The translations under genes and the position numbers were made by a program. The notes under the pieces were generated by a model. That model ran no database searches, was not told the origin of the DNA, and worked only from the letters and a program-made list of their open reading frames with translations. Below, piece after piece: positions 1 through 10,500 of a stretch of DNA of 64,000 bases. This DNA comes from Planctomycetota bacterium (lineage in GTDB: Bacteria > Planctomycetota > SZUA-567 > JAKLDR01), in assembly GCA_022703445.1 (NCBI GenBank), contig JAKLDR010000005.1, positions 36,107-100,106 on the forward strand, written 5' to 3'. Each line of letters begins with the position of its first letter. The stretch's first letter is position 1.

Positions 1-771
<771 letters not shown>

Positions 772-850
772 GCGCCTTCCCTTGTTGCGCGGGAGAGCCG
801 GCCGGCCGCCGGCACCCCGCCGACAACCGGCCCCTCGGACCCGTCGTGGG

Positions 851-877
851 ATTCTACACGGCGGCGGGGAAATGCAA
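851..877 (-). promoter_or_regulatory. candidate sigma70-type promoter for lysC
   Basis: On the minus strand: TTGCAT (877-872), 15-nt spacer, TAGAAT (856-851), about 80 nt upstream of the lysC ATG. The spacer is short, so this is a weak call. Confidence 0.3.
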
Positions 878-937
878 GCGGCCGGCCCCCGGCCCGACCT
901 CGGCCGCATCCGGCAGGCGACGCCACCGCCCTGACAG

Positions 938-965
938 TTGACAGGCCCGCCCCGCCGCCTATCCT
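938..965 (+). promoter_or_regulatory. candidate sigma70-type promoter for the M28 peptidase gene
   Basis: TTGACA (938-943), 16-nt spacer, TATCCT (960-965). ATG 983 lies downstream and is preceded by GGGAGG. This favours the 983 start over the TTG at 938. Confidence 0.4.
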
Positions 966-982
966 GCCGGCGGGAGGTGCGT

Positions 983-2062
983 ATGCCCGAGCCAAGTGCA
1001 GCCGGCGGCGCCCGGGCGGCCGGCCCCGGCCCCAGGTTCCAGCTGTTGCCCCGGGGCCGCAGGGCCTGGATCCGCGCCGGGCTGACGGTGGCCATACCGG
1101 GGATGCTCTTCGCGTTCGGAGGGTGGTACATGAGCGCCATGCCGGGAGAGTCGCACTCGGGCCCGCTGCCCGCGCTCACCGCCGAGGAGGCCGCCCTGGA
1201 GGCCAGCCTGCGCGCCCACGTCGATAAGCTGGCCGTCGATATCGGCGACCGCAGCGCCTGCCGCCCGCAGGCCCTGGCCCGGGCCGCCGCCTACGTCGAG
1301 GAGCGCCTCCGGGCGGCGGGCCTCGAGCCGTCGCGGCACGAGTTCAGCGCCGGCCGGCAGCCGTTCGCCAACATCGTGGCCGAGCTGCCCGGCGCAGCCC
1401 CGACGGCCGCCACCGGGGATGGCATCGTGGTGGTCGGCGCGCACTACGACACCTGCGAAAACCCCGGGGCCAACGACAACGCCAGCGGTGTGGCCGTGCT
1501 GCTGGAACTGGCCGCATCCTTCCGCGGCCGCAGGCCGGACCGGACCGTGCGCTTCGTGGCCTTCGCCAACGAGGAGCCGCCCTTCTTCCAAACCGAGGAG
1601 ATGGGCAGCATGGCCTACGCCCGGCACCTCCGCGCGCGCGGCGAGCGGGTCTCGGCCATGCTGTCGCTGGAGACCTTGGGCTGCTACTCCGACGAGACGG
1701 GTTCCCAGAAGTACCCGGGACCGGTCGGGCTCTTCTACCCGGACCGCGGGAACTTCGTGGCCTTCGTGGGCGACCTGGGCAGCCGGGGGCTGGTCCGCCG
1801 CTGCGTGGGGGCGTTCCGGGCCACGACCGCCTTCCCGTCGGAGGGCGCGAGCCTGCCCGGCTGGGTGCCGGGCATCGGCTGGTCGGACCACTGGGGCTTC
1901 CGGCAGGTCGGCTACCCCGCCATCATGGTCACGGACACGGCGCCGTTCCGGTACCGGCACTACCATGAGGCCTCGGACACCCCCGACAAGCTCGACTACG
2001 GGCGCATGGCCCGGGTCGCATCAGGCATCGGCAGGGTGGTGGCGGAGCTGGCGGCCAGATAG
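983..2062 (+). CDS. M28 family metallopeptidase with an N-terminal membrane anchor
   Basis: ORF 938..2062. Motifs VVVGAHYDT...GANDNASGVAVLLELA...VRFVAFANEEPPFF are typical of M28 aminopeptidases. Hydrophobic segment AWIRAGLTVAIPGMLFAFGGWYM near the N-terminus. The start was chosen at the ATG with an SD. Confidence 0.85.
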   Translation: MPEPSAAGGARAAGPGPRFQLLPRGRRAWIRAGLTVAIPGMLFAFGGWYMSAMPGESHSGPLPALTAEEAALEASLRAHVDKLAVDIGDRSACRPQALARAAAYVEERLRAAGLEPSRHEFSAGRQPFANIVAELPGAAPTAATGDGIVVVGAHYDTCENPGANDNASGVAVLLELAASFRGRRPDRTVRFVAFANEEPPFFQTEEMGSMAYARHLRARGERVSAMLSLETLGCYSDETGSQKYPGPVGLFYPDRGNFVAFVGDLGSRGLVRRCVGAFRATTAFPSEGASLPGWVPGIGWSDHWGFRQVGYPAIMVTDTAPFRYRHYHEASDTPDKLDYGRMARVASGIGRVVAELAAR

Positions 2063-2152
2063 CAGAGTGCCGGGATCGCCATGCGACCCCGGCACTCTCA
2101 TCACATCAGGCTGCCGGCCGGCTGGCGAGCGGCGCCTCTCAGCGGCGGCCGG

Positions 2153-5100
2153 TCAGGGATCTTCGACGGCCGCGCTCCGGTTCGCGCCGGCGTCCACCGC
2201 GATGCCGTCGGTCAGGAAGAGGACCGTCACCGGCGTCTTGCTGGACACCGTGTTGCCGGTGCCCAGCTGGCCGCTGCCATTGGCGCCCCAGGCCCGGAGT
2301 TCGCCACTTTCGAGGAGCGCCAGGGTGTGGCTCCAGCCTGCGGCGACCGCTTCAGCGCCGCTCAGGCCCGGCACTGCCACCGGCGACTTGGCCGTCACCG
2401 TCGTTCCCAGACCCAGCTGGCCGTACTTGTTGGCTCCCCAGGCCATGACCGTGCCGTCGGCCAGCAGAGCCACGGTGTGGCTGCCGCCGCACCTGACCAT
2501 GGCGGCGGTGCTGATCCCCGGGACCGCCACGGGCACCTTGCTGGTGGTCGTGGTCATGTTGCCGAGCTGGCCGGAGCTGTTCAGGCCCCAGGTCATGACC
2601 GTCCCGTCGCTCTTGAGGACCGCCGTGTGGCCGATGCCCGCCGAGGCCGAGGTCGCTCCGCTCAGCCCGAAGACCGCGACCGGCGCAACCCGCAGGGTGG
2701 TGGTCCCGTCGCCGAGCTGGCCGGACGAGTTGTTGCCCCAGGCCCGGACCTCCCCGCTGGCCAGCACAGCTACCGAGTGGTTCCGCCCGGCGGCGATGGC
2801 CGCCACGTTGCTCAGGCCGAGCACGTAAACCGGCGTCTTGCGGTTGACCTTGGTGCCGTCGCCCAGCTGGCCGTACTTGTTGCCGCCCCAGGCCATGACC
2901 GTGCCGTTCTCCATGAGCGCCAGGGTGTGGGTGCCGCCCGCGGCCACCGCCCGCACACCGGTGAGCACCGGCGAGGCCGGCGGCGACTTGAGCGTGGCGG
3001 TGGTGTTGTTGCCGAGCTGGCCGCAGTTGTTGCGCCCCCAGACCTTGACGTCACCGTTGGCCAGGAGCGCCACCGTGTGGTACTCGCCGGCGGCCAGCTG
3101 CATCGCGTCGGTCACCGGCGGCAGCGTGGCCACCGGGTACTTCCGGCCCGTGATCGTGCCGTCGCCGAGCTCGCCATAGGCGTTGGAGCCCCATCCCTTG
3201 GCGGTGCCGCTCGAGCTCTCGACCGTCAGCGTCACCAGAACCGACCGCGGGTTGTTGGTCGCGTTGGGGTCGGCCACCGTAAGCGTGCCGGTGTAGGTCC
3301 CGACGGCCAGGCTGATCGGCGGGCGGTAGCGCCCGCCGGTGTTGGAGTAGGATCCGGTGTTGCCGCCCCAGACGATCACTTCCGCGCCGGTCCAGACCGC
3401 CTTGCCGCTGCAGCGCGCCGCCGGGGCGCCGCTCGAGGCCACGGCTCCAGTCCAGGAGTCGGCCGCCGGGTCGTAGCGCATGCCGTTGGCCAGGAGGCCC
3501 GAACCGTCGTTCCCTCCCCAGACGATCATCTCGCTGCCGGTCCATGCCGAACATGCGCCCCAGCGTCCCGTGGGAGCGCCGCTGGTCGCCGTCACAGCCG
3601 TCCAGGTGTCGGTGGCCGGGCTGTAGCGCGCCCCGGTGTTGAGCTTGTTGGTGCCGTCGGTACCGCCCCAAACGATCATCTCGCTCCCGGTCCACACCGC
3701 GCAGTGGTGCCAACGGGCGGCGGGTGCGTTGGTCGTGCTCACCGCCGTCCAGGTGTTCGCCACCGGGTTGTAGCGCGCCCCCGTGGCAGTGGGGGTGTCG
3801 CCGCCGGTCTCGCCGCCCCAGATAATCATCTCCGAGCCGGTCCAGACCGCGCTGTGCGAGCGCCGGGCGGTGGGCGCGCCCGTGGTGGAGGTCGCCCCGG
3901 TCCACGAGTCAGCCTTGGGATCGTAGCGGTAGCCCTGATTGTAGTATGTCCAGACCGGCTCACTGGAGTCCACGCCGCCCCAGACGATCATCTCGCTCCC
4001 GGTCCACACTGCGCTGTGCAGTCGGCGGCCGGTGGGGGCTCCGGTCGCGGTGGTGGTGCCCGTCCACGTGTCCGTGGCCGGATCGTACCTGGCGCCGGTG
4101 TTCAGCGAAGTCCCGCCCACGTCGATGCGTCCACCCCAGGCGATCATCTCCTTGCCGGTCCAGATCTGGCTGTGGTCCTCGCGCGCGGTCGGCGCCCCGC
4201 TTGGGTTGGTGGTTCCCGTCCACGCCTCCGCCTGGCTGGCCACCGCCGAGACGGTCAGCGTGTCCGTCTCCACCGTGGTCGCGCCCCAGGTCGGCGAGGC
4301 CCGCAGCCAGGGCTTGTCGCCCGAGGCAGTCCAGGCCAGGGTGCCGCCGCCGGTGTTGGTCACCGCTATGGTCTTGTCGGACGGATTCGACCCGGCCGAC
4401 GTCGAGAAGGCCAGGCTCAACGGCGACAGACCGATGGCCGGAGGGACATCGGCCTGCACCTGCAGGCTGACCGAGATGGTCCGCGGACTGCCGGACGCCA
4501 CCGGGTCGGTCACGGTCACCGTGCCGACATAGGAGCCAACCCCGAGGCTGATCCCCGGACGGAAGCGGCCGCCGGTGGCCTCGAAGGCCCCGCCCCAGCC
4601 GCCCCAGAACACGGCCTCGGTCCCGGTCCAGACCCCCGAATGGCAGTGCCGCGCCGTCGGGGCTCCGGCGGTGGAGATGCCCTCCACCCAGGTGTCGCCG
4701 ACCGGATCATAGCGCGATCCGGTGTTGACGTCGGCGGAGCCGTTGTGCCCTCCCCAGACGATCATCTCCGAGCCGGTCCAGGCGGCCCGCGCGGAGTTCC
4801 TGGCCACCAGGCCGCCGGGCGAGGCGACGGCGCTCCAGGTATTGGTGGCCGGGTTGTACTTCGCCCCGGTCTTGAGGGTCCCGCCGCCGCCGTCCATGCC
4901 GCCCCAGACGATCATCTCGGTGCCGGTCCAGACGGCCACGTGGTCGCGCCGCGCGGTCGGGGCCCCGGTGGTGGTCACGGCCGTCCAGGTGTTGGCCGTC
5001 GGGTTGTAGCGCGCGCCGGTGTTGGTCACGCCGTCGCCGGCGACCTGGCCGCCCCACACGATCATCTCCGAGCCCGTCCAGACCGCGGTGTGCGAGCGCC

Positions 5101-7234
5101 GGGCCGATGGCGCGTTGGTCGCGGTGACCCCGGACGACCAGGCGTCGGTCACCGGGTTGTAGCGATAGCCGTCGGCGAGGTACGAGTTGGTCAGGTCCCA
5201 GCCGCCCCAGACGATCATCTCCGAACCGGTCCAGGCCGCGCTGTGCCGCCGCCGCCCGGAGGGGGCGCCGGTCGTGCTGACCGTTCCGGTCCAGGCGTCG
5301 GCCGCCGGATCGTACTTGGCCCCGGTGTTGGTCGGGTTGTGGGCGTAGTCGGTGTTGCCGCCCCAGATGATCATCTCCCGGCCGGTCCAGACCGCGGAGT
5401 GGTCCTCACGCGCCGCAGCCGCTCCCGCGGTGGCGGTGGCGCTCCAGGACTCCGTCTGCGCGACCACCGCCGATACGGCGAGGGCGTCGGACTCGATGGT
5501 GGTCGTACCCCAGGTGGGCGCGACCTGCAGCCAGGGCTTGTCGGACCAGGCCGACCACCGCAGCGTTCCGGTCCCGGTGTTGGTCACCACCGCGCCCTTG
5601 GCGTCGGGGTTGACCCCGATCTGGGCGGAGAAGCTCAGCGCGCCGGGGCTCAGCGCCAGGACCGGACTGCCACCCGCCGGCGTGAAGTTCAGCCCCCAGT
5701 AGTTGCCGGAGGTCGCGGCGTTGTGGGCCGAGGTCCCGGTGGAGACCGCCTGGCTGCTGAAGGTGTAGCCGTCCTTGGACGCCGACACCGTGTAGGACGA
5801 CCCCGAGGGAATTCTGGCCAGCGCGTAGATGCCCCGGGCGTTGGTCGTGGCGGTGTAGGTGCCGCCGCCCGAGCGCACCGCGGAGATGCTCACGCCGCTG
5901 AGCGGCAGGCCGCCCGCGTCGGTCACCCGTCCACTGACGATCTCGCCGGTCCCCGACGGGTAGACGTTGTAGATGCACTTGTAGACGGTGTTGAACTCGA
6001 AGCCGGTGGTACCGATGTCCGGCAGATTGTACCAGGCGTCATCCAGGCCCGACCAGCCCATGTTCAGATGGTGGTAGAGCGTGGACGAGTCGTACCCGTA
6101 GCCGTCGCATACTATGGCGTGCCCGCCGTCGGGACCGGTGATGCCCAGGAGGGACGGCAGGCCGGCATCCAGGCCGGGATTGAGCATGCCGTTGAGCCCC
6201 GCGCCCAGGTCGGCGCCGCCGTTGTAGCCGCGGATGGCGTTGGCGTAGCCGAAGGTACCGGTCAGGCGGTTGGCGGCCATCAGCGTGTCCGCCCCTGATC
6301 CGAGCATCGTGTAGCTCATGTTCACGGAGACGCCGGCGTCGTGGGTCAGGGCGCCGATGGCCTGGCGCTGGGTCAGGGTCATTCCCGCCGACGGGATCAG
6401 GACCATCTGCGCCCAGCTGTAGGCCCCGCCTGAGCCGTTGCCGCCCCGCAGGCTGCGCGTCGTCGGCGTCCCGTTCACCTCGATGCTAAAGGACGTCGTG
6501 CCGACCCCGGCCGTCGGGTGCTGGTGGAAGCGCATGAGCTGCGCCATGGCCGTGGCCACGCAGCCGCAGACGTAGTTGCCCGGTGTGTAGTAGTTGTAGC
6601 AGTCGACGCCGGCAACCTGCTCCTGGTCCCACTTGCTCTGGACCAGCGCGTCGACGCGCGGGTCGGAAATCGTCCCGGTGCCGGCCTCCGTGCCCGCCGC
6701 CGCGGCGGACTCGGACGACCCTCCCCGCAACCGGTCCCACTTGCGCTTCGCCGAGGCCATCCGCCCTGCCGGGACCAGTTCGCGGCCCGCGCCCCTGGCG
6801 GCCGCCTCCCGGCCACGGGCATCCTTGACCCGGCCCCGCAGGTCGCGGTCGGCCAGGGCTCCGAGCGGGTTGCGCTCGGACGGATCGAAACTGCCCTTCG
6901 GCGAGAAGCAGACCACGGGCTCGACCAGGTCTTCGGCTGGCACGATCAGGAACCCGCCGGACTTGAGCGACACGACGTGATAGACGGGTTCGCTCCGGTC
7001 GTCCTTGTAGGTCTTCACGCTGGCGACCTCGACACCCAGCGCGGCGCCGAGCGGACGGGGCCGGGACTTCAGCCAGCTGCCGGCGGCCTTCTCGGCGTCG
7101 GCGGCGGTGGTCGTCTGGGCCCGCGCCTGTCCCGCAGGAGCCAGCGCCCCGGCCAGAACCAGCAACCCGGCGGACGCGATCCTCCATCCCCATCCGGCCA
7201 AGGCGTGGAATATACGCCGGTCAACGCGCTCCAT
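2153..7234 (-). CDS. 1693-aa secreted multidomain protein: Spi-inhibitor-like prodomain + peptidase C10 (streptopain family) + carboxypeptidase-regulatory-like domain + 2 x (BACON/Ig-like + 6 Kelch motifs) + 7 RCC1 repeats
   Basis: Signal-like N-terminus. C10 motifs CGCVATAMAQLMRFHQHP (Cys) and GGHAIVCDGYGYD (His). GRVTDAGGLPLSGVSISAV...YTVSASKDGYTF. Twelve W(T)GxE(M)I(V)WGG Kelch motifs in two blocks. Seven (Y/S/C)G(Q/E)LG(D/N/L/T)xT RCC1 motifs at the C-terminus. SD GGAGGAGG lies upstream of the ATG at 7234. Confidence 0.9.
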   Translation of the reverse strand: MERVDRRIFHALAGWGWRIASAGLLVLAGALAPAGQARAQTTTAADAEKAAGSWLKSRPRPLGAALGVEVASVKTYKDDRSEPVYHVVSLKSGGFLIVPAEDLVEPVVCFSPKGSFDPSERNPLGALADRDLRGRVKDARGREAAARGAGRELVPAGRMASAKRKWDRLRGGSSESAAAAGTEAGTGTISDPRVDALVQSKWDQEQVAGVDCYNYYTPGNYVCGCVATAMAQLMRFHQHPTAGVGTTSFSIEVNGTPTTRSLRGGNGSGGAYSWAQMVLIPSAGMTLTQRQAIGALTHDAGVSVNMSYTMLGSGADTLMAANRLTGTFGYANAIRGYNGGADLGAGLNGMLNPGLDAGLPSLLGITGPDGGHAIVCDGYGYDSSTLYHHLNMGWSGLDDAWYNLPDIGTTGFEFNTVYKCIYNVYPSGTGEIVSGRVTDAGGLPLSGVSISAVRSGGGTYTATTNARGIYALARIPSGSSYTVSASKDGYTFSSQAVSTGTSAHNAATSGNYWGLNFTPAGGSPVLALSPGALSFSAQIGVNPDAKGAVVTNTGTGTLRWSAWSDKPWLQVAPTWGTTTIESDALAVSAVVAQTESWSATATAGAAAAREDHSAVWTGREMIIWGGNTDYAHNPTNTGAKYDPAADAWTGTVSTTGAPSGRRRHSAAWTGSEMIVWGGWDLTNSYLADGYRYNPVTDAWSSGVTATNAPSARRSHTAVWTGSEMIVWGGQVAGDGVTNTGARYNPTANTWTAVTTTGAPTARRDHVAVWTGTEMIVWGGMDGGGGTLKTGAKYNPATNTWSAVASPGGLVARNSARAAWTGSEMIVWGGHNGSADVNTGSRYDPVGDTWVEGISTAGAPTARHCHSGVWTGTEAVFWGGWGGAFEATGGRFRPGISLGVGSYVGTVTVTDPVASGSPRTISVSLQVQADVPPAIGLSPLSLAFSTSAGSNPSDKTIAVTNTGGGTLAWTASGDKPWLRASPTWGATTVETDTLTVSAVASQAEAWTGTTNPSGAPTAREDHSQIWTGKEMIAWGGRIDVGGTSLNTGARYDPATDTWTGTTTATGAPTGRRLHSAVWTGSEMIVWGGVDSSEPVWTYYNQGYRYDPKADSWTGATSTTGAPTARRSHSAVWTGSEMIIWGGETGGDTPTATGARYNPVANTWTAVSTTNAPAARWHHCAVWTGSEMIVWGGTDGTNKLNTGARYSPATDTWTAVTATSGAPTGRWGACSAWTGSEMIVWGGNDGSGLLANGMRYDPAADSWTGAVASSGAPAARCSGKAVWTGAEVIVWGGNTGSYSNTGGRYRPPISLAVGTYTGTLTVADPNATNNPRSVLVTLTVESSSGTAKGWGSNAYGELGDGTITGRKYPVATLPPVTDAMQLAAGEYHTVALLANGDVKVWGRNNCGQLGNNTTATLKSPPASPVLTGVRAVAAGGTHTLALMENGTVMAWGGNKYGQLGDGTKVNRKTPVYVLGLSNVAAIAAGRNHSVAVLASGEVRAWGNNSSGQLGDGTTTLRVAPVAVFGLSGATSASAGIGHTAVLKSDGTVMTWGLNSSGQLGNMTTTTSKVPVAVPGISTAAMVRCGGSHTVALLADGTVMAWGANKYGQLGLGTTVTAKSPVAVPGLSGAEAVAAGWSHTLALLESGELRAWGANGSGQLGTGNTVSSKTPVTVLFLTDGIAVDAGANRSAAVEDP

Positions 7235-7283
7235 GTAACAACCTCCTCCGTCCGAGTGAGCTTATGACTTAAGACTAATGAAT

Positions 7284-7311
7284 ACTCTATCCCATCGCAC
7301 GCCCAAGTCAA
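7284..7311 (-). promoter_or_regulatory. candidate promoter for the C10-Kelch-RCC1 gene
   Basis: On the minus strand: TTGACT (7311-7306), 16-nt spacer, TAGAGT (7289-7284), inside a locally AT-rich patch about 50 nt upstream of the ATG at 7234. Confidence 0.35.
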
Positions 7312-7394
7312 TACAGCGCCGCGAACGGCAACCCACTCGCGGCTGACTCGCGAGAGCACCTGGATCTGCCTCTGCACGGGCGGATGTATTCTTC

Positions 7395-7423
7395 TTGACG
7401 CTAGGAACGACGCAATGTACAGT
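7395..7423 (+). promoter_or_regulatory. candidate promoter for the DUF748 gene
   Basis: TTGACG (7395-7400), 17-nt spacer, TACAGT (7418-7423), about 150 nt upstream of ATG 7571. Confidence 0.35.
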
Positions 7424-7570
7424 GCCGCCCGCTGCCGAATGGCACGCGAGGATTCACCGCGCGGGCATGGCGAAGGCCCGTAGACAGTGTGCCGGAACCG
7501 GACCTGGGTCTGCGGCGGGTCTCTGGATATGCCCAGGCGGCCGAGGCCGATCCAAGCAGGAGCAATCCGA

Positions 7571-10500
7571 ATGATCTGGTCCACACTCCCGGAGCGCATC
7601 AAGCTGTTGGCCCGCGGCCGGCGCGTCCGGCGGGCATTCTGGGCGCTGGGGTCGGTCTTCGTCCTGTTCAACATCACGGTCTTCCTGATCCTGCCGCCCA
7701 TCGTCCGCTCTACGGCAGAGCGCAAAGCCTCCGAGGCGCTCTCCCGGCCAGTGACCATCGAGCGGGTGTTCATCAACCCCTACGCGCTGTCGGTGGGCAT
7801 CCACGGCCTGAAGGTCGGCGAGCGCGGCGGAGCCGGGGAGTTCCTAAGCATCCGGCGCATCTATGCCAATGCCCAACTGGCCTCCATCTGGAAGGGCGGC
7901 GCGGTCCTCTCCGCGGTGCACGTCGACGACCCGGCCGTCCGCATCGTCCGGACCGGACCAGCGGAGTTCAACTTCTCCGACCTGCTCGCCCCGAAACCCG
8001 AGCCGGAGCCGAAGGGCGAACCGGCGCTCTTCGCCATCAGCGACATCCAGGTCCGCGGCGGCAACATCGCGGTCGTCGACGAGACGACCGGCACGAGCCA
8101 CCGGCTCGACCAGATCAGCCTGAGCGTCCCGTCAGTCTCCAACTTCCCCTACTTCGTCGAGACCGACGTGCAGCCGGCCTTCTCCGCCCGGCTGGACGGC
8201 AGCCCCGTCGCGATGACCGGCTACACCCGGCCTTTCGCCGACACACTGGAGACGGCGCTGGAACTCGAGCTCAAGGGCTTCGACCTGACCCGCTACATGC
8301 GCGACGTACCCGTGCCGGTGGATTTCCGGCTGGCTTCCGGAAAGCTCGACCTGCGGCTGAGGTTTTCCTACGTGCAGTCCCGGCGCGCCAGGCCCGGACT
8401 GGGCGTCTCCGGCGACGTGGCCGTGACGGAACTCCACGTCAACGGCAAGGAGGGCAGGCCGGTGCTGCGGTTGCCAGAACTGCGCATCGAGGGCCTGGCG
8501 GCGCGCCCGCTGGCCGGCCAGGTGCGCTTCGGCCGGATTCAGGTCCGGGCTCCGGAGCTCAGTGTCACCCGCGGCCGCGACGGGCGGATCAACCTGCTCG
8601 GGCTGATGCCCCGCGCGCCGGCCGGCAGGACCGCTGCACCCGAATCCCCTCATCCCGGCGCCCTCCCGCCGGAAGAGGGCAAGAAGGCCAAGACCGGGAA
8701 TCCCCTTCCGCTGGCGATGGCCGTGGATCGCTTCGAGCTCTCCGGAGCCAGGGTGGCGATAGTCGACGAGGCCGCCGGCTCCGGCGGGACCTTCCGGACG
8801 GTGCTTGCGCCCATCGACCTGGAATGCAGCGGCCTGAGCACCGACGAGGGCCGAAGCGGGTCATACCGGTTCGCGATGAAGACCGACTCGGCCGAGGAGC
8901 TGACCGTCGTCGGCTCCCTGTCCCTCAACCCGCTTGTCGCCCGGGCCAGGGTGGCCCTGGACGGCGTCTTCCTGCCCCGCTACGCGCCGTACTACCTCGA
9001 CGCCTTCCGGGCCGACGTGACCGACGGCCGCTTCAGCATCGGCGGCGAGGCCTCGTTCGCGCTCGAGGGTGACTTCCCCAAGGCCGACTTCCGCGGGCGG
9101 GCGTCCCTCGTCAAGCTGGCCGTCGCGGACAGGGCCGGCGGAGAGGCCATGGTCGGCCTGGGCGAGCTGAACGTCGAGGGCATCGCGGTGAAGCTCTCGC
9201 CGCCGGAGCCGCTATCGGTCGGCATTGAGGAGATCGTGCTCTCCAAACCAGCCATTAACGCGATCGTCGACAAGGACGGCACGCTCAACATCGCCGCGGC
9301 GCTCGTGGCCAAACCGGCGGCCGCCGGCACGCCCGAAGCCAAGTCGCCGGCCAAGGACCCGCCCCCGGCTCCGGCTCCCGCCCCGCCCCCCGTGGAGCGG
9401 GCCCCGCTGCCGGTGGTCAAGGTCGCCAAGGTCACCGTGCGCGAAGGGAGCTTCGAGTTCGCGGACCGGTCGGTGTCCCCCAGCTACAAGACCTCCCTGG
9501 ACCAGATCGAGACCTCGACTCAGGGCTTCTCCCTCGACCCCGGCAGGCAGGAGGCGCCGGCGGAGTTCTCCTTCCGGGCGCGGCTGGACAAACAGTCGCC
9601 CCTGGCGGTCTCCGGGCAGATCTGCCCCAACCCGGAGCGACTGCTGGTCAACGTGATCGTCGACTTCCAGGGCGTGCAGCTCAGCCCGCTCACGCCGTAC
9701 TCCGGCAAGTACGTAGGCTACCCGGTGGAGAAGGGCCAGCTGCGCCTGGACCTGCGCTACGCAATTGCCGGGGCCAAGCTCACCGCCCAGAACCGCGTGC
9801 TCATCGACCAGCTGACCCTGGGCGACCGGGTGGAGAGCCCCACGGCCACCAAGCTTCCGGTCAAGTTCCTGATCGGGCTGCTTAAGGACCGCCACGGCCG
9901 CATCAAGCTAGACGTGCCCGTGACCGGGAACCTGGACGACCCCAAGTTCCGGCTGATGCCCATCGTGCTCCAGACCCTGGTGAATCTGCTCGAGCGCGCG
10001 GTGACCTCGCCGTTCGCCTTCCTGACCGGCAGCCCCGAGGCCAGCTACGTCGAGTTCGACTTCGGCAGCGCCCAGCTCAGCCCCGAGGCCACGAAGAAGC
10101 TCGACGCCATCGGCCAGCTGCTCGCCGACCGGCCGGCCCTGCGCTTCGAGGTCCGGACCCAGACTGTCGCCGGGCCCGACACCGAGGCTCTCCGCCGGCA
10201 GTTCCTGAACGATCTGGTCAAGGCCCAGAAACGGGCCGAGACCATGGGCAAGAAGGGCCAGAGCGTCCCGCTCTCCGAGGTCCAGGTCAAGCCCGAGGAG
10301 TACGAGCGCTTCCTGCGGCTGGCGTATGAGGCATCCGCAGTGCCCGGCAAGCCCCGGAACTTTGCCGGCGTCGCCAGGGACGTGCCCGTCGCGGAGATGG
10401 AAAAGCTGATGCTGGCCGGCATCCCGGTGACGCCCGACGATCTTCGCAGGCTGGCCTACCGGCGCGCCGCCAAGGTGCGCGAGTACCTGCTGGCTTCCAA

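Noticed and set aside
772-937. Possible lysine riboswitch (L-box) upstream of lysC
   Set aside because: The space between the candidate promoter and the ATG is only about 80 nt, far shorter than a lysine riboswitch. I could not see the conserved L-box helices. A covariance-model scan (Rfam RF00168) would settle it.
2081-6298. 1405-aa plus-strand ORF antisense to the giant gene. Similar long antisense or out-of-frame ORFs occur throughout, e.g. 100..1227, 11091..12803, 18200..20083, 22256..24445, 26217..28436, 32564..35323, 46643..49438.
   Set aside because: Their translations are Arg/Gly/Pro/Ala-rich low-complexity strings with no motifs. They overlap strand-opposite ORFs that have clear domain signatures. 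This is typical stop-codon-poor shadow reading in ~70% G+C DNA.
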